A DNA stretch of 54,422 bases, the filler included, from Catajapyx aquilonaris (Eukaryota): the NCBI GenBank assembly GCA_000934665.2. It is 2 parts of 2 records of this genome, joined end to end, with 100 filler letters (N's around TTAATTAATTAA, not from the genome) between each part and the next. Parts side by side here need not be neighbours in the genome. Positions count along the whole stretch, not along the records: positions 1 to 27,162 come from JYFJ02005098.1; positions 27,263 to 54,422 come from JYFJ02005099.1. The stretch is one strand, 5' to 3'. The first letter of the stretch is position 1; each line of letters opens with the position of its first letter. Of the stretch, positions 25,698-37,583 are shown one piece after another. Position numbers and translations under genes: made by a program. The notes under the pieces are model-generated. The model saw nothing but the letters and a program-made list of their open reading frames with translations, had not been told where the DNA came from and ran no database searches.

Positions 25698-27162
25698 TGC
25701 TTCTCCTGTGTATGTATCCTCACAACCCATTATTCGTCATAACTCAACCTCGTGCTAAATGCCAGAGGCTTCTTCTCAACTCCCTTCTTACCCCTCCTCC
25801 TCCTGCTCCTCCCTACCCGCCTGCTCCTTCGCTTACCATCAGCACGCGGAAAGTCTCTCCTATTATTTTCTGCGCTTCCATTTTCCCGGACTAGGGGAAA
25901 CAGGAAGGAAGGAAGGATGGAATTTTTTGTGTGCCACAAGCTGCGTAATATCGCAAATTCTGAACCTCAGAAATATTGGTTTTTCTCGTGTCCGCATCTC
26001 AAGAGGGAAGAAATGGGTCATGGAGAGAGGATTCATGAAAGAAGGAAGGATGGAAAAGGCATTGTCATAGCGTGGGGGTTGAGTGGAGCAGAAGAAGGCG
26101 AGAGGAAGAAAAAAAGTTCAATCCTGCACCCGGGAGAGCCAGGATTTACAGCAGGGATTGTATGCAAATAACAGCAAACTTTTCTGCGCCGTATAAGATT
26201 AGCTATTTTGTTGTTACATTACAGGTAAGCCGACTAGGTACCGTCACCGAAAAAGAGATGTCTTTATCAATTGAAAACGATAAACGTGTCATGATCTTTT
26301 TAAAAACTCCGCTATTTGGGTTGCCGCTCGAGAGGGACAGTTTCGAGTGTTTTGGTATTCGTTACTTCAGGCAGTGTGTTGATAGGTGGAGTGTTGAGGC
26401 TGACGACAGCTGTTTAAAGATATAACTTAATTGTACGATATATGTTTCAAGTAAGTGCATGAACACGATAAATATGTGCAAAGTTTTAAGCGGACCTTTT
26501 AGGATGCTGCTTGCTTGTGAGAATGGCTGTTCCGAGTTCCAAGTTAACAAAATTCCTGATAAGACACTCCACCAGCAGGTTTTGAGAAAAAAATGTCAGA
26601 ACTTCTAGTAATTATACTAACAAATCCTAGACGAGTGATTCCGAAATTCGAGGTGCACAGACAGTATGTCCCTAGCAGCTAAAATGGGTCCTTGTAAACA
26701 AGCACTTGTGATTTTGGTGGGTGCGAAAAAAAGAAACGGCCATGCTTTTCCTGCTATTGTGCCGTTGGCGTTGTTGTCGAAGCACTTCGAATTGAAATGG
26801 GAACTCTGAGAGTGAGGTCGGAGGAACTCACATGAACACTTACCCAACTCTAGTAACATTAAAAACAGGCGCATAATCACTTGACAAACTTTGACACGCT
26901 TTGTACTTACGAAACTCTGCTTCAGTTCGTAATTCAATAATTGTCTCGCATGGCCCTGGAGAATCCTAGAGAGCCACACGAGGTATGCGAGAACAGACAC
27001 GCTGTTGTCCTGCTCAAATATTACAAGTGAAAATAATACTTTAAAATTACGTCACTTGCAATAGTTGCATTTACTTGCCCTGATCTGAAAATATTGGGAC
27101 ACCCCCAAAAAATGGAGTGGTGGGGTTATACACAGGATGTGATAAAAAGTTTCCATTAAGAT

Positions 27163-27262
27163 NNNNNNNNNNNNNNNNNNNNNNNNNNNNNNNNNNNNNN
27201 NNNNNNTTAATTAATTAANNNNNNNNNNNNNNNNNNNNNNNNNNNNNNNNNNNNNNNNNNNN
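27163..27262. other. Artificial scaffold linker (N44-TTAATTAATTAA-N44)
   Basis: Exactly 100 bp and symmetric; the core has stops in all six frames. Confidence 0.95.
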
Positions 27263-27666
27263 ATAGGGGTTTGAAGGGTGGCTCGATTTAATGGCGATGT
27301 TTAGCTTCCGCATTTGCTTCTCCTTCTAGGCGAAACCACGAACTTATATAACACCCCTCATATCAGTATCAAAACTGCAGTGAATAAGTCTTATCTCGCC
27401 TCAGAAAAAATTTAATGTAAAGGTGTGCCATCTAGCCCCGGTCTCCCCTACTACTAATGCAGATTTGTTGAGGACCAAGCAAATTATTCCCACTAGCTTC
27501 AGAGCAGCTTTATGATGAAAGGCCCTTCATAACCAAGAAACTGTAAGGATGTATCTCTCCCTACATGAGATAGGACATTCATAGAAATGGAAAGTACTCC
27601 AGTTACAGGCAACATCACTGCTAAACCCTAAGAAATAGGCCACAATTATAATAAATTATGACTTAC

Positions 27667-27711
27667 CATCGACATTTCTTGATTGTGTATCTGAGATTTG
27701 AATCTGTTCCT
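27667..27711 (-). CDS. PSME4: PSME4/PA200 exon 4 (P-GTDSNLRYTIKKCR-W)
   Basis: tttttcag| ... |gtaagt splice sites, phase 2/2 matching exon 3; aligns to human NSVENILKTLVKSCRP. Confidence 0.72.
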
Positions 27712-28279
27712 CTGAAAAATAACACAATATTCAATAATAGCAACAACATACAGCATTAGTTTTTACCAACTGTGTGGTAACAGTCAGGAAAATAAAAACA
27801 CTTATGAAAAAAAGATTTCGTGAAGTTTTTCTCCGAGGACACGGAAAAAGAAGAAATTTAGGCCTTATTAGAAAAGCAGTTTTTACAAGAGAAGCCTATG
27901 TCAAGTAAATTTTTCATTCTTTAACAGTTTATTTTAAACAAGTGACAAAAAAGTAATTTTCTGCCTTTATATCCTCCTGAGATCCGAGAAAAAGTATGTA
28001 ACACAATGTCAGTTCCTGTTGCTTTTTCTTAACATAATGTCATTAAGAAATGAGAAGAAAAAAAATTAGTTCTAAAATATCGACCAAACTAATGACAATA
28101 ATGAATAATGAAATAATGACTCAATTGCTGCCACAAAAGCAGAACACATGAATGCTGAAAAGTTAAATGCCACTCAATGGATCACTAACGTAGTGCTCTA
28201 TCATCCAAACAATGTTTTTTACATTCATTTGTGGAATTCGTGGTAGCAATTCCTCTCAGAAGACAAATAAAGATATATA

Positions 28280-28882
28280 CAGTAAAACTTCTATAAGGCG
28301 AACTTCCCTAAGTCGAAGTTCTCTATAAGTCGAAGAAAATGATAAGCTTGGTTGGTCACAATGTAAAATAATAGGAAATAAACTTCCCTAACTCGAATTT
28401 CTATAACTCGAAGTTCTCCATAACTCGAAGGGCAGGCAGGGCCTTACGATGGGATATCAATGCATTTTCAGTCTCCCTAAGTCGAAGTTCAAGTTAATGA
28501 GTACGGAAAATTTTCTAATTTCCCAACCAAAGGGTTGAGAATAAGGCCACATGTACAGAAAGGCTCAATTTCCTTATCTCCGTCTACCAGCCGTACCGAA
28601 AGAAGTGTTCGACTCGATTGTGACAATTGAATCCTTGAATCTAAGAGTAGGCAAATGCCCATAACAGAGTTTTTTTTACAACAAAACAACAAGGAACATT
28701 GTAGTGTGATAGTGACAGTTACTTTTAAGTTTTGAACACCTTTCGTTGCTGGATATAAAGGTAGGCTTCCTTATGGAGTTCTGTGCTTAAAAAAAAAAAT
28801 CCAAACTTCTCTAGCTCGAATCTTCTATAACTCGAAGTTTCTTCCCGGTCCCATGGAGATTCGACTTATAGAAGTTTTACTG
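28280..28882. mobile_element. pogo/Tigger-type MITE (copy 2)
   Basis: TA|cagtaaaacttctataag...cttatagaagttttactg|TA; homologous to 15029-15614. Confidence 0.9.
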
Positions 28883-29504
28883 TATGCAATTATTTTTCAA
28901 GGCCAAAACTTCAGGCATGGAGCGTGCTCCTTCCCTTCTTACCCCCTAGCGTGGTACCTCCCGATTCTAGATTTTAAAACTGAACTGTAGTACAACGCAC
29001 ACTTCCTTGTGGGTGTATAGGTACAGGCAGTCACAGAAAAGTTACATCCCATTCGCCGAAAAAAATAATTTCTTCGAATGTTAACATATGATGACACCTG
29101 GTGTCAGGAGGATATCATCCTACAAAAATTTTTAGTGAGGCTGTTACTAACATTACATGAAAAAATGAACCTCAATATTTGCCTAGAATTAAATAGCCAA
29201 CTGGTAAATCATGATTTGAAAATCATGCAAGTTTGCTTGAAAGATAGGATTGTTGACTAAAATCGACATTCATGTTGGGCTGCATAAACGATGCCAAAAC
29301 CTGAACAGATGATTTATCATTTTATCCTATATAAATAACTAAGTATCAACCACTTGCTGCGAGTGTAACTTGTTTATACGACCAATCCTTAGTGATCTTG
29401 ATGAGGTTTCCCATCATAATAACCCACTTGAAGGGGCACCACATGGTGCAAAAAGGATCAATATGCATCAGTTTCACTCTTTAACAATCCTACTGCCAAC
29501 TCAC

Positions 29505-29621
29505 GGTAAGATCAAAATCATCCCAGTCTGCTTCGCTTTAGAGTATGTGTACTTCATGTAGAGTAGGTAGAGTGGTCGCCAAGGAAGCTCCACATCTTCT
29601 GGAGTGAGCAGCTCTCTCTTC
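29505..29621 (-). CDS. PSME4: PSME4/PA200 exon 3 ([40 protein letters not shown])
   Basis: ctcctag| ... |gtgagt; aligns to human [28 protein letters not shown]. Confidence 0.92.
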
Positions 29622-30164
29622 CTAGGAGGCATAAGAAGATTTTATAAATTCAATATATGGGGATTCTCAGCATTTACCATTCAACTAGAAAAACAATCCA
29701 GGTCTAGTTGGAAAAAGAAAGCAGTGATCCCAATAACTAAATTCAACAGATTTTATATCTCATTTTCAAGCAGCAATTCAAAACAACTCTGAACTAAGAC
29801 TAAGGGCCGATTTCTCGAACAGGGGTTCAAGTCAGTTTGAACTGGGTTTGCGTCCACACGCTGCATTCCTCTTGAACTCCCCTTCCAAGTTGGCACATTT
29901 CATGAGCACTTTCCAAACCTCAGTTACTAGCCAAACNNNNNCGGTTAGAATTGCACCGTTTCCACATTTCCAGTCCTCCCCATCGCCCGGAACTGATTTG
30001 AACTGCTGTGTGAGTGTTTAGGGCAGGGGTGGGCAAACTTTTTTCCGAAGCGGCAGAAGAAGGAATCTTGCTCGCCCATGCTTGAACTATGCTTATATTC
30101 GATTCCTTCTTCTGCCGCTCCGGAAAATGTCGCTGGCGGTTGGCTCGATATATGACCAACAGTG

Positions 30165-30430
30165 TACTCCGTTCGCACCCGTACCTGTTACATACCATTC
30201 GCTACACAACTCCTGACGTACTTGGTACACACCCGCCCCGGTACGTCCCTGTCCGCTGTACACACCCGTACCTGGTATGAACCTGTCTCCAGTACGTACC
30301 CGTCCCCGGTACATACCCATCCGATGTACACATGTGTACTCGGTATGCACCCATACCTGGTACATACCGTCCGCTGTACACGCCAGTACCCGGTATGAAC
30401 CCGTCCCCGGAACGCACCCATCCACCGTAC
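30165..30430. repeat. Degenerate minisatellite (~17-19 bp unit ccgtacc(c/t)ggta(c/t)(a/g)(c/t)ac)
   Basis: Roughly 14 diverged tandem units. Confidence 0.75.
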
Positions 30431-31241
30431 ATATAATAATCGTCCCCAGTGCATATTATTTTATTCATCCTTGTCATCTTTGCATGGCCGCCATCTTTGA
30501 AATCTTCTCGGCATCTTTGCATCAGCCTCATAGCCAGCTGAACCAAAGCCAACCTTTGACTCAGTGCTAGCTGTTGACAAGTGGCTATAGGGCGACATCT
30601 ATTGCATTTTTTCATGACTTCGTGCAATGAATCATCTGTAACGTGCCAAATTCAAAGTCCAGAAATGTTACATCCATGTTTCATAGTTGTTTACGATTGA
30701 CCCAATGGGTGTCAAATTCATGACTAAGGAACGGACTTCTAGGTTCTTATAAACCCTCAAATAGGTAGGCATTTACGCCCTGAAAATAGTCAAAATAGGC
30801 TCTTAATAGGCAGTAAAAATCAAGAAGGTCCTCATTTAATTTCATTCCTATGCCACTGACAGCCTACTCTTGGCCATGGAATTTTGTAGCACAGTAACAA
30901 ACTAGCAGTTGTTCCATATTTTCATTGGTTAATTGCAGTTATTCAGTGACACCTGTCTGACAATACATTTTTATATGTTGAAAATGACCTTTCGACATCA
31001 CACAAAGTAACTGGATCATACTTGAAAAGTGAAATGTCTTCTACAGTTAGTTCATCTGGCATGCCTACAGCTTCTTGGCCCTTCGCAGGTTGAATCGTGA
31101 GGGATGCCTTGAATGGAAAACCCGAAAACCCCTCGAAAATCGGACAGAATGGCGTCAAAAAGGTGGAAATAGGTGCAAAATAGGTGCTAATAGGCCATTT
31201 AGGTCCCAATGCCAAAAATAGGCAATTTTAGGTTCCATTAT

Positions 31242-32028
31242 ATCAAAAACTTTCCCTTCAGTAAAAAAAAAGAGAAGTAAGACCTCCGCGGCGGAATGAA
31301 GGTACTGAAACAAGGCAGGCGCATGTAAGACCTTCACCAATTGATTTAAGCTGTACCATAGGTCTTACTCAAGCAATTACCAATTTACTACTCATGAAAT
31401 CTCCTTTCTGAAAACAAATTTGTGGAATTTCTGTCGTACTACTAGCTACTTCTAACTTAGCAGTACCAGTGTAGTGCAATGGTATACTGCTAAGTTAGCA
31501 GTAACTACAGAACTATAGTTAATAGTAATAGTAGTACGACGAAAATTCCACCCATTAATTTTCCATGAGCCACCCAATATTAGTGTTTTATGAAATTAGG
31601 AACTTCAATATTAAGCGCATTGAATTTCTATGCGATTATGCAAATTATTGCTATGAAACATTCATGCAGAATCGTCACCTCTTTTAGATGCTGATTTTAA
31701 CTCTAACATTTAATTTTTCAGATATAAACGTTAATTGGTGAATTTTAGAGGGTCTTTTTCGATTGGACCAAGTCTGTTAGAATGGATTTAGTTTTTCCCC
31801 CATTTTTTTCCTTTCATAATAAAATCCTACCTATACTGCTCTGAGTAGTTTGCAGCAGTCATTTTACGAGCCGTTCCATACCGTACTTGAGAATTGCTTG
31901 AGTAAGACCTATGGTACAGCTTAAATCAATTGGTGAAGGTCTTACGTGCGCCTGCCTTGTTTCAGTACCTTCATTCCGCCGCGGAGGTCTTACTTCTCTT
32001 TTTTTTTACTGAAGGGAAAGTTTTTGAT
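31242..32028. mobile_element. Inverted-repeat element with ~137-bp arms (copy 1; homology extends to ~32210)
   Basis: atcaaaaactttcccttcag...ctcaagcaatt / aattgcttgag...ctgaagggaaagtttttgat; second copy at 40493-41491; carries a small nested palindrome at 31422-31553. Confidence 0.8.
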
Positions 32029-32224
32029 CTAATTTCAGTTCTTTTTTGACAGTACACGTAACTTATGCTCTACACTATACTGTCTGCACTATGAATGCAT
32101 TGGAGACGATTTTCGTCGCTTAGAAGTCCCTAAAATTATTTTCACAGAGATAGTCGTAAAAAAACGAAAGTCGAGTGCTACCAGCCAACGGTTAGTCTGA
32201 TTCAATTAGTCTGGCTTAATAGTA

Positions 32225-32661
32225 CAGTTGAATCCGGATAAAACAAACTTCAAGAGACTGTGAAAAAAGTAGGTTATAACCGAGGTCTGTTATAGCCGAA
32301 TCGTCACGCAACGAAATCATAAATTTCTGATTTCAATATGGCTCTACTATGCACTATACTAGACAACATACTGATTAATGAAATCTGTCACAAATGCAAT
32401 ATTGGCTCACCCGAAAATTATGCAGGACCAAATTATCCGAAATTTCCTTCTGCCGTCTCCTTTTTGCAAATTTTATACCTGGAAAACAATACTGTATTTT
32501 CCCACTGAGGGTCCAAGAAATGGTCTGTTATACCCGAGGTGAGCGGAAAATGAGTCTGTTATATCAGGAGTGAAAATACACAGTGCCTAATGGAAGCATG
32601 CCGGGACAGCCTTTATAACCAAGTCTGTTATAGCCGAGGCTGTTATATCCGGATTCAACTG
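32225..32661. mobile_element. pogo/Tigger-type MITE
   Basis: TA|cagttgaatccggata...tatccggattcaactg|TA; partial copy at 42489-42712. Confidence 0.85.
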
Positions 32662-33690
32662 TAAATCTGTAATAAGTGCAATGCGTTCACACCAGCGCAG
32701 CGGCAGGGTAACATTTGGCTAATAACAATATGGCGAGGTGGTAAATAAGTATTGACGTTTCTAGGTGATGGCGTCATGAACAAATGAAGTAATGACAAAA
32801 AAATTAAGAGGTAAAAAAATCACAGCTCCAATCCTGTAGCAGTGGGAACTGTGATATTTTGAACATAGATCCTCACCATCCCACTGCACCTTCTGCCCTT
32901 TGATGAAATTCATTGTTGAAATCTATGCTACGGTCTTACTAAGGGGCTATCGCCCCTTAAATAAAACTGCGATTTTTGAGGTCCTTTTGTTATAAAACTG
33001 ATAAGATATTTTGGTTCTGATGTTCTGTCTACAGAATAAACCTAGAAATCCGTTCTCTATTCATGACCATTCATTATAACTGAGGAAGTAAATAGCGAAA
33101 TTTAGAAATTACGCCATTAAGTTAATTGCTGTTATCTATATCAAAGATGGCTGCCATGTCATTGGGCTTTTGCTAATTATGCACTTTGTAATGCCTTGTT
33201 TTTCACCATAGTGCAGCTAAAAGATGCCAATAATTATTAGCTTCAACTCCAAAACGTTTTCATGGGTAATTTTAGCATATTGGAAGGAAAAATAAGGCAA
33301 CGCTCAATGGAATTGGACACTAGTGCAGGCAAGAGTAATCCGACCCTCAGCCTCATTTTTTTAGCGTATTATCGATCACTGGACGTAAAAAATGTCAAAC
33401 TTGTGCAATGTATAGAAGAGGACCTGAGTCATGCACACAAATAGTTTTTCACTCCATGTATAAGCATTATTGCACTAGGAGAGCTAGAGAATGGTGCGAA
33501 ATTCAAATTATTTTTGCACTTTTTTGCATAAACATTTTATAACTAAAGAATTAACTTCAAAACCTGGTTGTGACCTGGTTTGAATGACCTCCCCTCTCAT
33601 TGGGATGCCCTATAAGAACTTTAATCTTTGTCATGCCACTTTTACTAATGACAATTTTTGCTGCCCAAAGAAAACTAGCAGGCAGCATAT

Positions 33691-34166
33691 TCATTGGCCC
33701 AAAACAAGTCAAATACGTACAGGTGAGAAATGTTGAGGCACCAACGGGAAATAAGATAGACGACCAGACAAATCGGCCTGCCCCTACAGACACATGCAGA
33801 AACACACATTGACACCTTTTCATCAGATATCACCAGAAAGGTGGACCCACACACCTAGAGTGGTTGTTCAGATAGCAGGATATGAAAGTAACAATCATCA
33901 CCAATAAAGAGGAACCTTGCAACCTTCCACTATTAATGATTATCACATTCATATCCTGCTCTCTAGACAACCACTCTAGGTATGTGGGTCCACCTTTCTG
34001 GTGATATCGGATGAAAAGGTGATGTGTGTGTTTCTACACATGTCTAGGGGCAGGTCAATGTATCTGGTTGTCTATCTCGTTTCTGGTTGGTCCTCAACAT
34101 TTTTGACTTGTTTGGGGCCAATGAGAAAACTGTCAGCTGGACGACATGTTAGTACAAAACACCCTG
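33691..34166. mobile_element. Mariner-type fold-back MITE (~200-bp arms, left end eroded)
   Basis: caccttttcatcagatatcaccagaaaggtggacccac / gtgggtccacctttctggtgatatcggatgaaaaggtg; right end aaacaccctg|TA. Confidence 0.75.
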
Positions 34167-34339
34167 TATAAAGGAAGATATTAGTATAGTCAATAAGTTC
34201 CCGTCCCGGCTGCGGGAGGCCGGTAGGTGACACGGAGACAGGTGCTGCTGTGGTTGGCTGTGAGGTACATTAGCAGTCACCAACCTGGCCAAGAGTGAAC
34301 TCGGTGTGCTGCGTAATAGCTGCGGTACACAGTCGAAAA

Positions 34340-34522
34340 ATGTCGTTCACCATATCAGGCGCGTCCAAGGCGGACGAACGGGCAGTAATTCAGTTCCTGT
34401 GTGCAGAGGGAGCAGGACCGAAGGCGATTCATACACGCATGAGGGCTGTGTATGGAGACACTTGCGTGACGTACTCAACAGTGAAGGACTGGGTACGCCA
34501 TTTCCGCAGTGGTCGACAAGGC
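34340..34522 (+). pseudogene. Mariner transposase N-terminal HTH fragment (left arm)
   Basis: MSFTISGASKADERAVIQFLCAEGAGPKAIHTRMRAVYGDTCVTYSTVKDWVRHFRSGR matches the mariner/SETMAR-type N-terminal HTH; the ORF reads on into the antisense arm to a stop at 34699. Confidence 0.88.
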
Positions 34523-34559
34523 GCTTGTCCATCGACAGGATTGCTGAGCAGGCTTGCAT

Positions 34560-34788
34560 CGTTGGAGGCAGTAACAGGTCGGCCTGACCGTGCCATGTCC
34601 GACATGCCTTGTCAACCACTGCGGAAGTGGCGTACCCAGTCCTTCATTGTCGAGTACGCCACGCAAGTGTCTCCATACACAGCCCTCGTGCGTGTATGAA
34701 TCTCCTTCGGTCCCGCTCCCCCTGCACACAGGAACTGAATTACTGCCCGTTCGTCCGCCTTGGACGCGCCTGATATGGTGAACGACAT
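34560..34788 (-). pseudogene. Mariner transposase N-terminal fragment (right arm)
   Basis: Same HTH with an in-frame stop after RHFRSG, continuing QGMSDMARSGRPVTASN, which includes the mariner RSGRP linker motif. Confidence 0.85.
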
Positions 34789-35506
34789 TTTTCGACTGTG
34801 TACCGCAGCTATTACGCAGCACACCGAGTTCACTCTTGGCCAGGTTGGTGACTGCTAATGTACCTCACAGCCAACCACAGCAGCACCTGTCTCCGTGTCA
34901 CCAGCCGGCCTCCCGCAGCCGGGACGGGAACTTATTGACTATACCTAGTATAATGAAATCACTCATTTATAACTCTGACGGCAAAATAAAAAAAAACCCT
35001 GAAGCCTTTATGGCTTATGCACATGCTACGTCTTAGTAGCACATTGGCTGATCAATTTGCAAAATGGTATGAAAAACACATTTCTTTTTACAAAATGAAG
35101 TTATTTGTAATCCCTGGACACTTGTGCAGTAGTTTGTCATTTGCTCATAAAGATATTTTTAAAATTTAAGCAAAAATCTGAGAGAGAGAGGGGGGGGGGA
35201 AGGGAGAAAGGAGCTTCAACCTCCTTAACCCTTTGAGACACATGGGTAGATTCTAATGCATTTCCTTTTGGAAAGTCACGTGTCATGGTCACTGGGCATC
35301 AGATGCCACAGACTCCTTTCCACCTGGATCCCTGGTGCTGGACTCAAATCAAGTCCAGATCTTCCCAGACAGGGGCCTGGAGTACCCCCAACGCCAGATT
35401 AACCCCCCAGCCACCCTTAGGCAGTTGCAATCCGCCCCTCCCCTGCATGCTGCTTAAAAATTCAATTTTTCTCTAGCGCCTTTATTTTATTTTATTTAAA
35501 AATATA

Positions 35507-36074
35507 CAGGGTGCTCAAAAACTCGCGGAAAGTGGCCACGTAGCCTGATAGGTCTCGCAAAACTAATATAGGGATGTGGAAGTAGTTTTGGGCTAACTTG
35601 CATAATTTTTGCGTACGACGCCTTTAAGATTTCGGGAGTTTCATGACGTCACATCCGTCTTGAGGCCCCATTGCGTCATCATACATGTTGTTGTGGCTGT
35701 TGCCATTGGCACTGATTATTGTTGCGAATATAGTCAACTGTGATTGTTGAGAAATAAACAACGATTTCAGTTTGTATCTATGGCCAGTCGACACCTCAAT
35801 CGCCAGACTGAAATCGTTGTTGATTTCTCAACAATCACAGTTGACAATATTCGCAACAATAATCAGTACCAATGGCAACAGCCACAACAACATGTATGAT
35901 GACGCAATGGGGCCTCAAGATGGATGTGACGTCATGAAACTCCCGAAATCTTATTAAAGGCGTCGTATGCAAAAACTATGCAAGTTAGCCCAAAACTACT
36001 TCCACATCCCTATATTAGTTTTGCGAGTCCTATCAGGCTACGTGGCCACTTTCCGCGAGTTTTTGAGCACCCTG
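35507..36074. mobile_element. Tc1/mariner-type near-perfect palindromic MITE (~268-bp arms)
   Basis: TA|cagggtgctcaaaaactcgcggaaagtggccacgtag...ctacgtggccactttccgcgagtttttgagcaccctg|TA with a ~30-bp loop. Confidence 0.93.
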
Positions 36075-36079
36075 TATAT

Positions 36080-36707
36080 GAGGGGGTGAAAATCAAAAAC
36101 CGACAGCTCCGTCATAAACGTAACGGAGAAAAACGAGAAAAACCTACAGTTTCGCCGTATGTCAACGTAGACACCTGAATGTAGCGGCTATAGATTCCTT
36201 TACGAGCAACTCAACCATTGGTAAGTTATTATGAAATCATCCGCCATTACCCAAGGAGCTGTGGACCGTCCATTCCGCCACTGGCCGGTTTTTGATTTGC
36301 AACAGGCTGGAGCTGGCGGTTTTTGATGCAAAATTGAGTGAGGGAAACATGAAACACAGGTTTATCCGGCGTGTAAATGTTTAAGTTTATTCCACGCTTA
36401 CATACCAACGTTCCATTGCATTACGCAAGGTGTTCTGCTAAAATTCCGTAAATTCTGTAAAATTCGCACCGTCGTTATCCGTACGAGCTTCGCAGTATGT
36501 ACTGTCTCCCATAGCTTTAGTTTCGTGATGGAGCTGGCGGTTTTTGTTACGGAGGTCGCTTTTCACCCCTGAATTTGACGGCTTTGTTGTAGGGTTTTAA
36601 ATACCATATTCAGGTATTATGTACTCCATGGCATGAGGAATGCATTGCCGGCGCTAACTCATTTTTTTTGTTTTTTGGAGCTGTCGGTTTTTGATTTTCA
36701 CCCCCTC
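36080..36707. mobile_element. Sola2-like MITE (copy 1)
   Basis: GAGGGGGTGAAAATCAAAAACCGACAGCTCC TIRs with 4-bp TSD atat; GRG..CYC ends plus a 4-bp TSD fit Sola2; deleted, inverted copy at 47274-47526. Confidence 0.78.
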
Positions 36708-36781
36708 ATATATTCCAGCTTACGACTGCCGCCTGCCCCTAGGCAATTGCCTTTTCTGCTGATTGGTAAATCTGGCACTGA

Positions 36782-37428
36782 CAAGGGAAGTGTCTGTAGG
36801 GCCATCGGCCAATCGGCCCGAAAATGACACAAGGGGTAAATTGCAGGCCAGAAATTCATTGGTGAAAGTAAAAAGTCGCATTAGCCAAGCGTTTTCGAGA
36901 TATGGGCGACTATAGGTGCCCGGCAAACCTGCTCGGTGACAATGGGGGCGCATTCGGCAGAAGGAATTATAAACAGTCTTCGTGGCTCAGTCGGTAGCGC
37001 GTCCGCGTCATGATCCGAAGTCTCCGCGTTCAAGTCCGCGGGAAGCGACTTTTTTCCCCCCCCCTCCCTCTCTCGTCTCGGAGCATCGTTTTCTTTTTCT
37101 TTCTTCCCCAACACCGTTTATCACCGCATATCTTCCCTTTTGCAATCAACAGGAATAAATAAACAGCTTGCTGGGAAGTGTATTACTTTTTTTTCTTCTG
37201 CCGATGCTTACCTACTCTCTCCATGGCTTCATATTCGGAAAAATTAATAGTCACAAGCTCAGTAAATAATAACTTTTTCGTGTTTGCCGGGCACCTATAG
37301 TCGCCCATATCTCGAAAACGCTTGGCTAATGCGACTTTTTACTTTCACCAATGAATTTCTGGCCTGCGATTTACCCCTAGTGTCATTTTCGGGCCGATTG
37401 GCCGATGGCCCTACAGACACTTCCCTTG
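36782..37428. mobile_element. Tc4/Tc5-type MITE (~145-bp TIRs) carrying a tRNA-like cassette
   Basis: c-TGA|caagggaagtgtctgtagggcc...ggccctacagacacttcccttg|TGA-g. Confidence 0.88.
36975..37055 (+). pseudogene. tRNA-like sequence (possibly tRNA-Met CAT derived) with a Pol III terminator
   Basis: A box tggctcagtcgg, anticodon-like loop gtcatga, B box gttcaagtcc, partial acceptor pairing agtcttc/gaagcgact, then T6; the anticodon stem is mispaired. Confidence 0.6.
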
Positions 37429-37583
37429 TGAGTAGGCCTACCCTTCATTCACAAGCTTGCAAGAACCAATATTTTCGAATAAATCGTAGACATTTTCGCA
37501 TGAGTGAGAAGTAAATGGACAAATGGGGTGTGAGAGTTGGCCTATTGCCCTCACTCAAGCTATGACAGATTATTCTCACATTG

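Larger units (their letters stand above)
30725..33059 (-). mobile_element. Non-autonomous hAT element (copy A), split by a ~1.7-kb nested insertion
   Basis: TIRs taaggaacggacttctaggtt / aacctagaaatccgttctcta; perfect 8-bp TSD ttcatgac (30717-30724 / 33060-33067); minus-strand relic FKYDPVTLCDVERSFSTYKNVLSDR resembles the hAT dimerisation motif; both parts match 45990-46587 in reverse. Confidence 0.85.
34181..34948. mobile_element. Mariner-derived element made of two inverted copies of the 5' end
   Basis: TA-flanked; both arms carry TIR (tatagtcaataagttcccg), leader and transposase start; ~340-bp near-identical arms around an ~80-bp spacer. Confidence 0.92.

Noticed and set aside
5740..26990. 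Isolated exon-like segments in the left contig (e.g. ~5750-6015, 10060-10145, 18057-18332, 26910-27010)
   Set aside because: Splice-like signals are present but there is no recognisable protein similarity or consistent exon chain.
11581..27545. Hammerhead ribozyme cores at ctgatga-like sites (11581, 22921, 22961, ~27512)
   Set aside because: None has a properly stemmed downstream GAAA with helices I-III.
29380..29450. Alternative PSME4 exon 4 (…MGNLIKITKD)
   Set aside because: The only nearby AG acceptor gives an in-frame stop; 27667-27711 has canonical sites and better similarity.
30165..30430. CRISPR-like array
   Set aside because: There are no unique spacers, the units are degenerate, the context is eukaryotic and no cas genes are present.
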